Shown here: positions 35,621-45,103 of the stretch, one piece after another
Layout: every line of letters starts with the position of its first letter
How positions within the stretch are numbered: the first letter of the stretch is position 1
Assembly: GCA_026014615.1 (NCBI GenBank)
Contig: JAOZHZ010000027.1
Location: 18,920 to 82,919 of the forward strand
DNA length: 64,000 bases
Direction of reading: 5' to 3'
From: Candidatus Bathyarchaeota archaeon
GTDB lineage: Archaea > Thermoproteota > Bathyarchaeia > Bathyarchaeales > Bathycorpusculaceae
The notes under the pieces: model-generated
The model's database searches: none
The model's input: the letters and a program-made list of their open reading frames with translations, nothing else
What the model was told of the DNA's origin: nothing
Translations under genes and position numbers: made by a program

Positions 35621-36271
35621 ATGGCGATAGCAACTTTAGATTTCAAGAAATACATCACAAACTTAGTGAGCGAGAAAGCTCCTGGACCCTCAACAACTTT
35701 TAGCATGTTCCACATTTTCTATGCCTTGGAGCTTATGGAACAAAAACCAATTGGGCGCAATCGTCTAGCCCAGAAGCTAAACGTCGGCGAAGGCGCCATT
35801 CGCACAATTATAAACCGCCTCAAAGACGAACAGCTCATAACCACCGCCAAGGAAGGCTGCAGCCTTACCCCCAAAGGCTTGGAGGTCTGGCATAAATTCG
35901 AGGCTGTTTTCCCGCAGCGCGCAGAAATCGAGCAGACAGAGCTGACGCGTTCACTGTTTAATTATGCGTTTTTGGTGAAGAACAGTGGACAAAAGATAGG
36001 GTCAGGTATCGAACAGCGGGATGCTGCCATTATGGGTGGAGCCCAACGTGCCATAGCTCTGGTTTTCCGAGGGGGACATCTTGTTATCGGTTCAGTAAGC
36101 GGTAGCATCGAAAAAGAGTTTCCGGACGCCGCAAACAAAATCCTCAAAAACCTCAAACCCGAAGAAAACGACGTCATAATAATCGCAGGTGCCGACAACG
36201 CGGTGAGAGCGAAGCGAGGCGCGTTTGCTGCAGCGTGGGTCCTAATAGGCGAAACAGAAACAACTAATTAG
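35621..36271 (+). CDS. Archaeal winged-helix protein (DUF4443-like)
   Basis: The N-terminal wHTH reads IGRNRLAQKLNVGEGAIRTIINRLKDEQLI. A conserved C-terminal domain follows. Confidence 0.5.
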   Translation: MAIATLDFKKYITNLVSEKAPGPSTTFSMFHIFYALELMEQKPIGRNRLAQKLNVGEGAIRTIINRLKDEQLITTAKEGCSLTPKGLEVWHKFEAVFPQRAEIEQTELTRSLFNYAFLVKNSGQKIGSGIEQRDAAIMGGAQRAIALVFRGGHLVIGSVSGSIEKEFPDAANKILKNLKPEENDVIIIAGADNAVRAKRGAFAAAWVLIGETETTN

Positions 36272-36272
36272 T

Positions 36273-37043
36273 TTAAGTGGTGTATTTTTCGCCCTGCATC
36301 AATATGCGTTCCAAAATTGTATTCACAGCAATTAAGTCGTCATTAGTTTTCGCGGAAACAGGCGTCAAATGGAACTGTAACCCCAACTGCCAGATGGCGC
36401 GCATCATGTTCTGACTGAAAATCCGTTTGCTCTCCTCCACCTTGCTGGTGATAGCGTCTTCTAACGCATGCGGGTTGCCTGACCACTCCACAATCTGCCC
36501 CACATCCTTTTTAGGCAACAGGTCTGTTTTGCTAAGCAGGTGCAGTTGAGGCTGGAAAAACCTGTTGTAAACTGCAGCGGAAAGGAACATGTTGCTGACA
36601 TAGTTAAACGGGTTCGCACTGAACACGGCGTCAAACAGGTAAATTAGTGCCTTAGGTTCTTTGGTTAATTCGCTAACGATGTAGGGTCCACTGGCGCGGA
36701 ACGCAAAAAGCTCCATCTGCCCCGGTGTGTCCACGATGACCATGTCGGCGTGGGCTTCGTTTATATCGCGGGTGAGGTTCTCAATTTCGTCTGCGATGAG
36801 ATCTGCAGCCATGATGGCGGCACCGTTAGGTCCCAACCCGTATTTTTCCATTATGTCGGTCGCGTCCACGTAGTTGCGGACATCCACGTCAGGCGAGTAC
36901 GGCAGCTTCAAGGCGCCTGGATCCAAGTTGACTACGGCTGTGTCTTGCTTGTTCATTTTAAGCCAGTCGCTTAGGGCGGCGGTGAAGAGGCTTTTGCCGC
37001 TGCCTGCGGTTCCGATGACGAATACAACGGGCACTTCATACAT
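36273..37043 (-). CDS. GPN-loop GTPase
   Basis: Walker A GTAGSGKS, GLGPNGA (the GPN motif) and DTPGQMELF. Confidence 0.9.
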   Translation of the reverse strand: MYEVPVVFVIGTAGSGKSLFTAALSDWLKMNKQDTAVVNLDPGALKLPYSPDVDVRNYVDATDIMEKYGLGPNGAAIMAADLIADEIENLTRDINEAHADMVIVDTPGQMELFAFRASGPYIVSELTKEPKALIYLFDAVFSANPFNYVSNMFLSAAVYNRFFQPQLHLLSKTDLLPKKDVGQIVEWSGNPHALEDAITSKVEESKRIFSQNMMRAIWQLGLQFHLTPVSAKTNDDLIAVNTILERILMQGEKYTT

Positions 37044-37330
37044 CTCCTAACTTGACGCAAGTATGCTTCAGAGGTAATAATGTTTCCGTTATCATCGTTT
37101 TCCAGTGATGAAGAGACTATGTCCTGCGTTCTGCGTTTTAGATAGGCTTATACATGATTTTTAGCATTTCATGATTTGAGCGTCGAAGCCGCTTTTTCTT
37201 TTTTCTGCGGTTCAAATGTTAATTGGGGCGGATGTGTAAGGAAAATTTTTGTCGTTTTGTTTGTTTTAAGTATCGCTATCTGGTAATATTTATAACTAAA
37301 CTTTACATATTATACGTCAGAGGTGTTTTT

Positions 37331-37939
37331 ATGACTGAGAGGGGAGACTTACCTAAAGCAGAGAAAAACGAGAATCAAACAAAAAAGTTCGGCAAAGAGG
37401 TATACGAGGAATCCGCAAGAGCAGTGCGCGAAGTAGGTGCAAGAGTTGTCCTGTCAGTAGGCGCAGCCATACTTATCTGGCTAGCTGGTAAACTGATCTT
37501 TCTTCCGTTAGCTGAAGGCGTATCAAATCAATTGCTCGGCTATCCAGTAGCCGCCATCGTAAGTGCAGTAGTCGCAGTTGCTTTAGCCGTGATAATTTTC
37601 ACCGTATTCATCGACATCCGACGATTAACTGGCGGTCTAGCGGGCTTGTTAGCTTACCACTTCGAAAAAGCCAGTGGAGAAATCACGCGGTCAGAATTCA
37701 ACAATTACCGAACCGCCCTGGACGGAGTAATCTACGTAATTGTAATCTCACTCACATACCTGCTGTTCCAAGATTACCTAGCAATGATACACCCAGCAAT
37801 ACCTGCAATCCTATTAGTGCTGATTGTGATATGGGCGATTTTCGCTCTGTACCGAAGCACAAGAGTCGTCGCAAACATCATCGGAAAATATACTTCAAAA
37901 GCAGCTGACGAACTAGAAAAACAAGCACGAGTACAGTAA
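37331..37939 (+). CDS. Hypothetical membrane protein
   Basis: An AGAGGTG RBS precedes the ATG. The protein has 4 predicted TM helices. A TATA-like AATATTTATAAC lies ~40 nt upstream. Confidence 0.6.
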   Translation: MTERGDLPKAEKNENQTKKFGKEVYEESARAVREVGARVVLSVGAAILIWLAGKLIFLPLAEGVSNQLLGYPVAAIVSAVVAVALAVIIFTVFIDIRRLTGGLAGLLAYHFEKASGEITRSEFNNYRTALDGVIYVIVISLTYLLFQDYLAMIHPAIPAILLVLIVIWAIFALYRSTRVVANIIGKYTSKAADELEKQARVQ

Positions 37940-38003
37940 CAAACAACCCTCACCACCTTTTTTTTAAAAAAAAATAAACGATTAACCTTTGAAGTGCACA
38001 AAT

Positions 38004-38495
38004 ATGAGCAACACAAGCGAAGTAGAAAACCTAAAACGGGAATTCCGAGTTCACGGCGCAAAAACAGTTCAAGAATTACTGTCTGCACTGTTAATTTGGC
38101 TTTTTGGCATTCTGGTTTTCATACCCATATCTGCTTCTCTTGGCTCAAACGTTGAGCTTGTGTGCACCCTGCTAATCCTTGTCTCATTTACAGTTCTTAT
38201 CTCAAGAACAATGGGCAACCTGAAATGCCTTATTGACGCGTTTGCGTTTCTACCCGCCAAAAAATACATGACCAAAAGAGGCTGGAACTACAAGAACGCA
38301 ACAATAGTTTCAAAACAAATCTTGTACTTGGTTTTTGCAGTAATTTTATATCTGTTGTACTTGCCTTTTCTTGTTCGTATCCACCCTGCGGTAAGTGGAA
38401 TCGCATTGATATTCGTTATAGTTTTTGTTTTCTTCCTCGCAGTACGAGCTCTACGCGCTTCAGGCGCCGCCATTACCTCTTGGCTCAACTCATAG
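38004..38495 (+). CDS. Hypothetical membrane protein (architecture similar to 37331..37939)
   Basis: It follows its neighbour in tandem, with a polar N-terminus and 4 TM helices. Confidence 0.55.
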   Translation: MSNTSEVENLKREFRVHGAKTVQELLSALLIWLFGILVFIPISASLGSNVELVCTLLILVSFTVLISRTMGNLKCLIDAFAFLPAKKYMTKRGWNYKNATIVSKQILYLVFAVILYLLYLPFLVRIHPAVSGIALIFVIVFVFFLAVRALRASGAAITSWLNS

Positions 38496-38539
38496 CCAAA
38501 ACCGCTATTTCAAAGCGCGAGTGAACTTCTATCAGATGC

Positions 38540-39103
38540 TTAGGTTACCCAATCAGCCAAAACCACTTTGTTCGTGTTATAATACTTCTCCACCTGCACT
38601 ATACGTCTAGCCACGAGCCTTGCTATGACTCGGTGTGTTTTGACTCTGGACAGCCCCGTTTTCCAGCGAATGTCCTTTTGAAGCATAGTTCTGTTCTCGG
38701 TAGCGGCAAGAGCCTCAACCACTTTCCGCTCGTCTGGACTAAGAACCCGCAGAACTGCCTCAAGCGTTTGGCTGCTTTCCTTCGGGGTTTGAACGGGAAC
38801 CGACGAAACAGGCGAAACAGCTGTCTCCTTTTCTGCTTCTGTGGCAAGGGCTGGTTTCTTCTCAACCTTTCTCTCAGGATACAAAACCCCATAAATCACC
38901 ACCACCGCCGCAATAGCCAAAGGAACAACAAAAACTAGAAGCCAAACCCCACGCAAATCAACGGAAGTAGACATCATCTGTGAACCGTGTCCCCTGCCCT
39001 CTGAAACGCCGCCCTCAGAGAAAAACAGAACCAGCCCAACCAAACTTACAACAACCAGCACCGCCGCGACGGCTAAAACAGCTTTCCGCATCCTGTCAAC
39101 CAC
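38540..39103 (-). CDS. Membrane-anchored winged-helix regulator
   Basis: Two N-terminal TM helices and a linker are followed by the C-terminal wHTH LSPDERKVVEALAATENRTMLQKDIRWKTGLSRVKTHRVIARLVARRIV. Confidence 0.65.
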   Translation of the reverse strand: MVDRMRKAVLAVAAVLVVVSLVGLVLFFSEGGVSEGRGHGSQMMSTSVDLRGVWLLVFVVPLAIAAVVVIYGVLYPERKVEKKPALATEAEKETAVSPVSSVPVQTPKESSQTLEAVLRVLSPDERKVVEALAATENRTMLQKDIRWKTGLSRVKTHRVIARLVARRIVQVEKYYNTNKVVLADWVT

Positions 39104-39226
39104 TGAAACATTATACCCGCATGGACATATAAGGTGTTTCAGTTTTTGAAACGCACGTTACAGCCAACAACTAAACCATGTTTCAGCTCTAATGGGTTCC
39201 AGCAGAAAAGTGGAGGTGAAAAAAGA

Positions 39227-39664
39227 ATGAACCGCAAACTAATCCTGTTGGCTGGACTCGCAATCGCCCTCATAGTCGTACCACTCGCGGCAGCGGCTCC
39301 CTCATCTTTGCAGAACATGGCTCAAAACGGCGACGCCTTGCAGCTTCAAGACCAACAGCAAGACCAAACTCAGCTACAAACCCAAGACTGCAACCAAACC
39401 GCAGAATGTACTGGTCAGCAGACTCAAAACAGACAACAACTCCAAACCCGAGACTGTAACAGCACAGGCACCTGCACCGAAGGCTGCAACCAGACACAAC
39501 AACAAACCCAAACCCGCCTGCAAGCCTGTACAGAAAACCAAACCAGCACCGGCGCATCGGGAAACAATAACGCTGAAGCCCACTGCTACTGCTACGCCTA
39601 CAGCCAACAGAATCAAAACCCGCAAGGCAGTCAAGGAAACCAAGCAAGCAGACAAAACCGCTAA
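39227..39664 (+). CDS. Small secreted Gln/Thr-rich protein with 8 Cys
   Basis: A GGAGGTG RBS precedes the ATG. The signal peptide reads MNRKLILLAGLAIALIVVPLAAAAP. Reiterated DCN(Q/S)T and CT(G/E) motifs follow, and the protein ends HCYCYAY... Confidence 0.6.
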   Translation: MNRKLILLAGLAIALIVVPLAAAAPSSLQNMAQNGDALQLQDQQQDQTQLQTQDCNQTAECTGQQTQNRQQLQTRDCNSTGTCTEGCNQTQQQTQTRLQACTENQTSTGASGNNNAEAHCYCYAYSQQNQNPQGSQGNQASRQNR

Positions 39665-39767
39665 CTTTGCGGGGTACCTGCTAAATTCGTAGTTTCCCTT
39701 CTTTTCATTAAAATTAAAACAGCAGAAGGTTTCTTTTAACAAGTAAGAAAACTGGAAAAGAAGCGGT

Positions 39768-40847
39768 TTATTGCTTCTTGAGGTAGTTGGGGTCCTCGCG
39801 GAGAACCTTTGGTATGTAGTTGCAGGCGGGGTCTGATTCGAACAGGTCGCCTGTGTAGTATTCAGCGCGTGTTCGGCAGCCACCGCAAATTTCGCGGTAC
39901 TCACAAACACCACACTTACCCTTAATGTTGCTCTTATCCCGAAGCTTTAGGTGAAGTTCGCTTTGCTGCAGTTCATCCCACACTTGGGTCAGTTTCTTGT
40001 CCTTGACGTTGCCCAGACGGTAACCTTCGTGGAAGCCACAGCTGCGGTAGTCACCGTTTTCGGTTATACTAACGTAGTTGCCGCCGATGGTGCATCTGCC
40101 CAAGTAACCGTTCTGGTACCACTCCCAGAAGTCCACAGGGTTCTTCTGGCGCACGATTCGCGCGTAAAAGGGTGAGTAAACGTTGATTTTGGTCCTGCCC
40201 ATAAGTTTGCGTTGCAAGTCATAGATTTCATCAAAAGCCTTCTCGTACTGTTCGGGGGTTGGAGCCAAATCAGGCATGTTGCTACCTGCTCTACCCACAG
40301 GCACAAGGTTATGGTACACAACCATGCGGGCTCTGTATTCTTCTCCTAATGCTGCAGGGTGAGCCATGTCGTTAATGTTGTACTTAGTCATAGTTGTGAC
40401 GATGCAGTCCAGAAGGTCATTTTCAGAAAGTTTCTTCATGGCATGAAGCGCTTTATCGTAGCCACCTTTGCGTCGGATAATATCGTTTGACTCGCGGTTT
40501 CCGTCCACACTGACTGCAGTGTGTACCTCGTATTTGGCGAGTTTGTCGAGGCGTTCTTGGTCAAACACGAAGCCGCTGGTGATGAGGCTGACTTCCATGC
40601 CGTACTCCTTTTCGGCGTAGGCAATGATGTCAAAAATGTCGTCACGAATCATAGGTTCTCCGCCGCTGATTCCAAACCATGGAGAACCAAATTCGTGAAT
40701 CTCGTCAACCATGTGATAAGCTTCTTTCGTGCTTAATTCTTGGTCTTTGGCGTATTCTTTAGTGTAGCTGCAGTACATGCAGCTGCCGACACAGTTCCTT
40801 GTACATCGCCATGTTACCATGAACAATGGCGCTTTAGAGTTAGCCAT
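39768..40847 (-). CDS. Radical SAM/SPASM-domain enzyme (AhbC/AhbD/NirJ-like), paralog 1
   Basis: CVGSCMYC is the CxxxCxxC motif. GISGGEP is present. The C-terminal auxiliary-cluster region is GKCGVCEYREICGGCRTRAEYYTGDLFESDPAC. Confidence 0.8.
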   Translation of the reverse strand: MANSKAPLFMVTWRCTRNCVGSCMYCSYTKEYAKDQELSTKEAYHMVDEIHEFGSPWFGISGGEPMIRDDIFDIIAYAEKEYGMEVSLITSGFVFDQERLDKLAKYEVHTAVSVDGNRESNDIIRRKGGYDKALHAMKKLSENDLLDCIVTTMTKYNINDMAHPAALGEEYRARMVVYHNLVPVGRAGSNMPDLAPTPEQYEKAFDEIYDLQRKLMGRTKINVYSPFYARIVRQKNPVDFWEWYQNGYLGRCTIGGNYVSITENGDYRSCGFHEGYRLGNVKDKKLTQVWDELQQSELHLKLRDKSNIKGKCGVCEYREICGGCRTRAEYYTGDLFESDPACNYIPKVLREDPNYLKKQ

Positions 40848-41183
40848 CAAACTCACAACTTCAAATAGATGAAATCTTTGCGATATAAGATTTCCTATTA
40901 AAACGGGCATGTTAAGGCGCGCCGTTTTTAACCTGTTTAATGTTATCTGCAGAAATAAGCGGTTTTTACCCTAAAACCGTTTGTATTTTAAAGTTTTCTC
41001 GGAAACCTGCAAAGTGCGCTTATTTCTTTGTCTAAAAAAGCTTTTGGCATGTTTCTGTTCACAACGACACTTTTGCTTGCTCATATTTGCATTATTGTTG
41101 CCGTTAAGAATCATCTTACTAGAAAATCTTATAAACCAAGTGCCATAGAGCTTTTTTAGATTTCCAACAAAGGAGATTAGGAA

Positions 41184-42560
41184 ATGTCTAAACCAAAAGA
41201 ATACTCGTCTATGACCAAAGATAAACTGATGACCTACACTTTCGTTGCACTCTTGATTCTCGCAATAGTTACATCCATCATGTGGTCAGGAATAGGCACA
41301 GAATCCTTGATAACAACTCCATCAGGCTGGAACCTAGGGCTTACAGTTGCCCTTAGCTGCATAATCGCCGTCGGAATTGCTGTCGGACTCGACTTGTTCC
41401 TCCACAAAATCGCCGTCGACAGCCAACTGAACACAATGTCCTCAGCAGTTTTCGGTTTAATCGTTGCACTCTCGTACACCCTTGGCATCCCCGCAATGAA
41501 TTCAGGCGAAATGTTACCTATAGAAGCCCCTGGAGCATTCATTTACATCGCGCTTATCTCTACAGTCGGTCTGGTTGTCTTCAAGAAAGTCCTTGGCGGA
41601 TCGGGCAAGAAACCTGTAAACCCCGCAGCAGCCGCAAAATTCCTCGTACTCCTACCAATGCTCAACTCTATGCTAATTGTTTCCGACCACCTCAAAACAG
41701 GTATGCTAGGTGTACCTTCACTGGCTGGTCCCATAGGGTATGACATTATAAACGGAAACGGGTTCGGTTCATTTGCAGGTTATATTCAAACATGCTATGC
41801 TAATCCAACTCTTGCTCTTCCAAGTGTCACCACAACTAACGACGTACTCAACCTCATGCTGCTGCAAAAGTTCCACGGGTGGATTGGTGGAGCCTCAAGC
41901 ATCGCTGTTATTGTTGTAGGTTTAGGACTCTTCATAGTCGCACGCCGATACATCAAATGGAGAATCACATTCTCATACCTTGTAGCCACTGCATTATTCG
42001 CGTTTCTCATGAGCTATGCTTACGGCGGAGACCCACTGCTACGCATAATTTTCCACCTGTTCATGGGCAGCTCAATATTCCTAGCGTTCTTCATGGCAAC
42101 TGATCCCGCAAGCACACCAATAACGTATGCTGGTCAAATATTGTTCGGTATAGGCTTAGCCGCTATCACCATAGTGCTGCAAACATATGCAAGCTTCTTC
42201 GGAGGATCAATACTTGCGTTAATAATCATGAACTTAGTGGCGTCAAAGCTGGACATTATCGGAAAACTTAAACCCACCACCGAAACAAAAGAACCTAAAC
42301 TTCCAAAAGCCAAAGCCTTCCCGCCAGAAGCAATCAAAGAATATCCCTGCATGAGATGCGGTGCTTGTATGCGTGTGTGCTGCCACAAACTGAGTCCAAT
42401 CCTGATTAAGCAAGCCTTCGACAAGCAAGACTTCGATGCTCTCATAAAACTCCACCCTGACTACTGTACTGGTTGTGGACACTGCACTTTCGTTTGCCCC
42501 GCAAGAATCGACCTGCGAAAGAGTGTACTTCAAGCAAAAGGCGCGCTACGCGGAGAGTAG
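41184..42560 (+). CDS. RnfD/NqrB-family membrane protein fused to a C-terminal 2x[4Fe-4S] ferredoxin domain
   Basis: The polytopic part has NPAAAAKFLVL and FFMATDPASTP (RnfD-like). The C-terminus has CMRCGACMRVC and CTGCGHCTFVCP. Confidence 0.7.
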   Translation: MSKPKEYSSMTKDKLMTYTFVALLILAIVTSIMWSGIGTESLITTPSGWNLGLTVALSCIIAVGIAVGLDLFLHKIAVDSQLNTMSSAVFGLIVALSYTLGIPAMNSGEMLPIEAPGAFIYIALISTVGLVVFKKVLGGSGKKPVNPAAAAKFLVLLPMLNSMLIVSDHLKTGMLGVPSLAGPIGYDIINGNGFGSFAGYIQTCYANPTLALPSVTTTNDVLNLMLLQKFHGWIGGASSIAVIVVGLGLFIVARRYIKWRITFSYLVATALFAFLMSYAYGGDPLLRIIFHLFMGSSIFLAFFMATDPASTPITYAGQILFGIGLAAITIVLQTYASFFGGSILALIIMNLVASKLDIIGKLKPTTETKEPKLPKAKAFPPEAIKEYPCMRCGACMRVCCHKLSPILIKQAFDKQDFDALIKLHPDYCTGCGHCTFVCPARIDLRKSVLQAKGALRGE

Positions 42561-42776
42561 CAAGCCTCCTTTTTCCTTTTTTGTTAATAAATTCGTTTCT
42601 TGTTCTCTTGTTTTTCTTGTTTGTTAAACAACATTGGTGCCATGGGCGTCCAATCGGTTTGCTGTTTGTTTTCAATTCCTTATTTAGTTGCCGTAATCAG
42701 GTGCCTTCTGCTATGAGTAGGCATTAAATTTATAAACGCGCCCAAACGTATAGATGAATCAAAAGAGGGAAAACAA

Positions 42777-43484
42777 TTGGAAACAGAGAGATTTAAAATT
42801 AAAGACATCGGCTACGGTCTAGTAGTACCAGTAGTAGTTGGCCTGATTATCATCGCTTTCCCCGCAATTCTCCGTCCCGCTTTAGACAGTTGGTTCCCCG
42901 CTGCAGACATGATGATGGGCGTAGAAGGATCACCCTACGCGTTCATAACTGCAATCTTGACACACGGCTTTGCGCAGATGGTCATATTTGCGATTCCGCT
43001 TATTCTAGGTTTGATTTGGAACAAGTGGGCTGGTGGCGCAGCAGGCTTCCTGATGGGTACATTGTATTACGTTGCTAACGCTGGCTACAACATCATGCTT
43101 AGCTCAACGATAGGCATACAAGTCGTACAGGCATATGGCATTGAAGCACTTGACGCAAGCTTATTCCCGAATCTTTTCGCAGACCCAAGTTTCATCGGAA
43201 ACTACATCGTTGGCGGAATACTGGTAGGCTACATTGCAGGGTCACTGAATAACGGCTCCTACAGCTTTAAACGCATGCTCGGCGCAGGACTCACAGCCGC
43301 AATCACCGTCGGAGTGCTTCAGTTCGTCCTCAACATGACCGTTGCATATGGAGCATGGATGTCACAAGGCGACCCATTCCAAGCGTTCTACTTGGTAATG
43401 CTGCCGATGGCAGTCCTTGGCGTACTTGCACCAGTCATCGGTAAAGTAATGACTTGGTATGGTCTACAGCCAGTAAGACAATAG
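42777..43484 (+). CDS. Hypothetical polytopic membrane protein
   Basis: 235 aa with ~6 TM helices and no Cys. It lies downstream of the RnfD-like gene, with a TATA-like AAATTTATAAAC ~45 nt upstream. Confidence 0.6.
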   Translation: METERFKIKDIGYGLVVPVVVGLIIIAFPAILRPALDSWFPAADMMMGVEGSPYAFITAILTHGFAQMVIFAIPLILGLIWNKWAGGAAGFLMGTLYYVANAGYNIMLSSTIGIQVVQAYGIEALDASLFPNLFADPSFIGNYIVGGILVGYIAGSLNNGSYSFKRMLGAGLTAAITVGVLQFVLNMTVAYGAWMSQGDPFQAFYLVMLPMAVLGVLAPVIGKVMTWYGLQPVRQ

Positions 43485-43625
43485 CAAGCCATTTTCCTTT
43501 CTCTTTTTCCTTTCTCTTTTCTTTTTATTAACGCAAACCAAAACTCGCTTTTGACGAAACCTAACTTCACGTTACGCAAAAAACTTGGATAAAAACGAAA
43601 GAAAAGAAAGGAAGTAAGTTCTTCT

Positions 43626-44924
43626 TTAATCGGTATGTTTAGGCGCGAATTCCCATGCGATGTTGCCTTTCCAGACTTCACCCTGCTTTGTCAAGCGAAC
43701 TTCTTTGTCGTCGATTTCAATTAAGCCCTTTGCCTTGAGCCGTTCAAGTTGTCGAGGGAAAACGTCTTCAGGAATCTTGCCGAATTTCTCCATGAACTCC
43801 TGTTTGCTCACTGGCAAACGAATGTAAAGCCTGCTCATTTCGCGGCGCATCATGTCGTCGTCAGTGGATTTCGAGAGCCTTTGAATTGGCAGTTTGCCTG
43901 ACTGCACTATCGACATGTAGGTGTTTATGTCGTCGGCGTTGCTGTAGCTGAACCGTTGCAGGTAACCCATAAAACAGCCTGCACCAGTCGTTAAAATTCC
44001 GCCCCATGGCCAACCATTGAGGCAGTTTTCGCGCATGTGCCATTCAACGCGGCTGAAGCGGTCGTGACCCACCGCCTTGTAGCCTGCTCCCGTTAAAAGC
44101 TTGTAGGCAGCAAGGTACATTTCCTTCTCAAAATCGCCGTCGCCCTGTGGTGGAACTACACCATTCTGAATCATTTTCTCCAGCGCTGTTCCAGGATCAA
44201 CATGCAGAGAATAGCAGTCAATTTCTACGTCAAGCTCAATGGCTTTTTTAAGGGTTTCTATCCAGCTTTCCATGGTTTGAGTTGGGAAGTTATACATAAA
44301 ATCCACGCAGACACACAAGCCCAGTTTGCGTGCATGGCGGATGGCTTTTTCTACGTTCTCTGCTGAGTCCGGCAGACACATCAACTTACGGAGTCCATCA
44401 TCGAAAGTTTGGGCACCCATATCCACCTGATAGGTGCCATATTCAGCTAACTTGTCAATTTTTTTGAGGTCCAACGTCTTGGATGAGGCGGATACTTTTA
44501 TGAAATATTCTTCGTTTAAGTTGAAGTTTGCTTTGCAGAAGTCAATGAGGTCAATCATCTGCTCAGCACTGAGTACACTGGGTGTTCCGCCGCCTAACAC
44601 AATCTCGTCGAACACGCTGGTTTTGATGTATTTGGTTTTAGCGTACATCAACAGCTCTTTCTTTAGCATCTTCAAGTATTGTTCTATTTGCACTTTGGTT
44701 GTTGCAGTGGTGGGGACGTAGCAGAATGCGCATCGGCTGTCACATATGGATATCCACGGCTGTAATTCCATCAGTCTGCCTGATGTGTTTTCTGTGTTCA
44801 GGAACTCCATAAATTCCTGATAAGTTTCAGGTTTGATGTCTGGGTAGTCCCTGTAAGTGTGTGGCGGCCAATTTGCTCGCTCTTCATAAGCTTCTGACTT
44901 ATTTTGCGTTGTGGAGTTTTTCAT
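43626..44924 (-). CDS. HemN/HemW-like radical SAM protein (coproporphyrinogen-III-oxidase family)
   Basis: CDSRCAFCY motif, LGGGTPS, and a C-terminal HemN_C-like region. Confidence 0.8.
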   Translation of the reverse strand: MKNSTTQNKSEAYEERANWPPHTYRDYPDIKPETYQEFMEFLNTENTSGRLMELQPWISICDSRCAFCYVPTTATTKVQIEQYLKMLKKELLMYAKTKYIKTSVFDEIVLGGGTPSVLSAEQMIDLIDFCKANFNLNEEYFIKVSASSKTLDLKKIDKLAEYGTYQVDMGAQTFDDGLRKLMCLPDSAENVEKAIRHARKLGLCVCVDFMYNFPTQTMESWIETLKKAIELDVEIDCYSLHVDPGTALEKMIQNGVVPPQGDGDFEKEMYLAAYKLLTGAGYKAVGHDRFSRVEWHMRENCLNGWPWGGILTTGAGCFMGYLQRFSYSNADDINTYMSIVQSGKLPIQRLSKSTDDDMMRREMSRLYIRLPVSKQEFMEKFGKIPEDVFPRQLERLKAKGLIEIDDKEVRLTKQGEVWKGNIAWEFAPKHTD

Positions 44925-45103
44925 TTTTGAAGCCTCAAACGTCCAACTTGGAAAAAAGCGTTTGATGACATAATAAAGTTTCCGTTGGAACTATAAACCC
45001 GCCGAAAATTCGTTTTTGACGTAGCTTTTTGAATAATGCAGAATTAAATCGGCTGATTACGAGCGGTGCAAAAAGAAAATGAAAACGAAATAAGGAAAAA
45101 TGG

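Noticed and set aside
37205-37225. tRNA-like T-loop strings (GGTTCAAAT at ~37205; GGTTCG at ~61324)
   Set aside because: The flanking bases cannot form T-stems or acceptor stems, so no cloverleaf could be built.
42777-43484. 6-TM protein as the missing archaeosortase for the PEF-CTERM proteins
   Set aside because: It has no cysteine at all and no exosortase/archaeosortase-like Cys/Arg/His motif.
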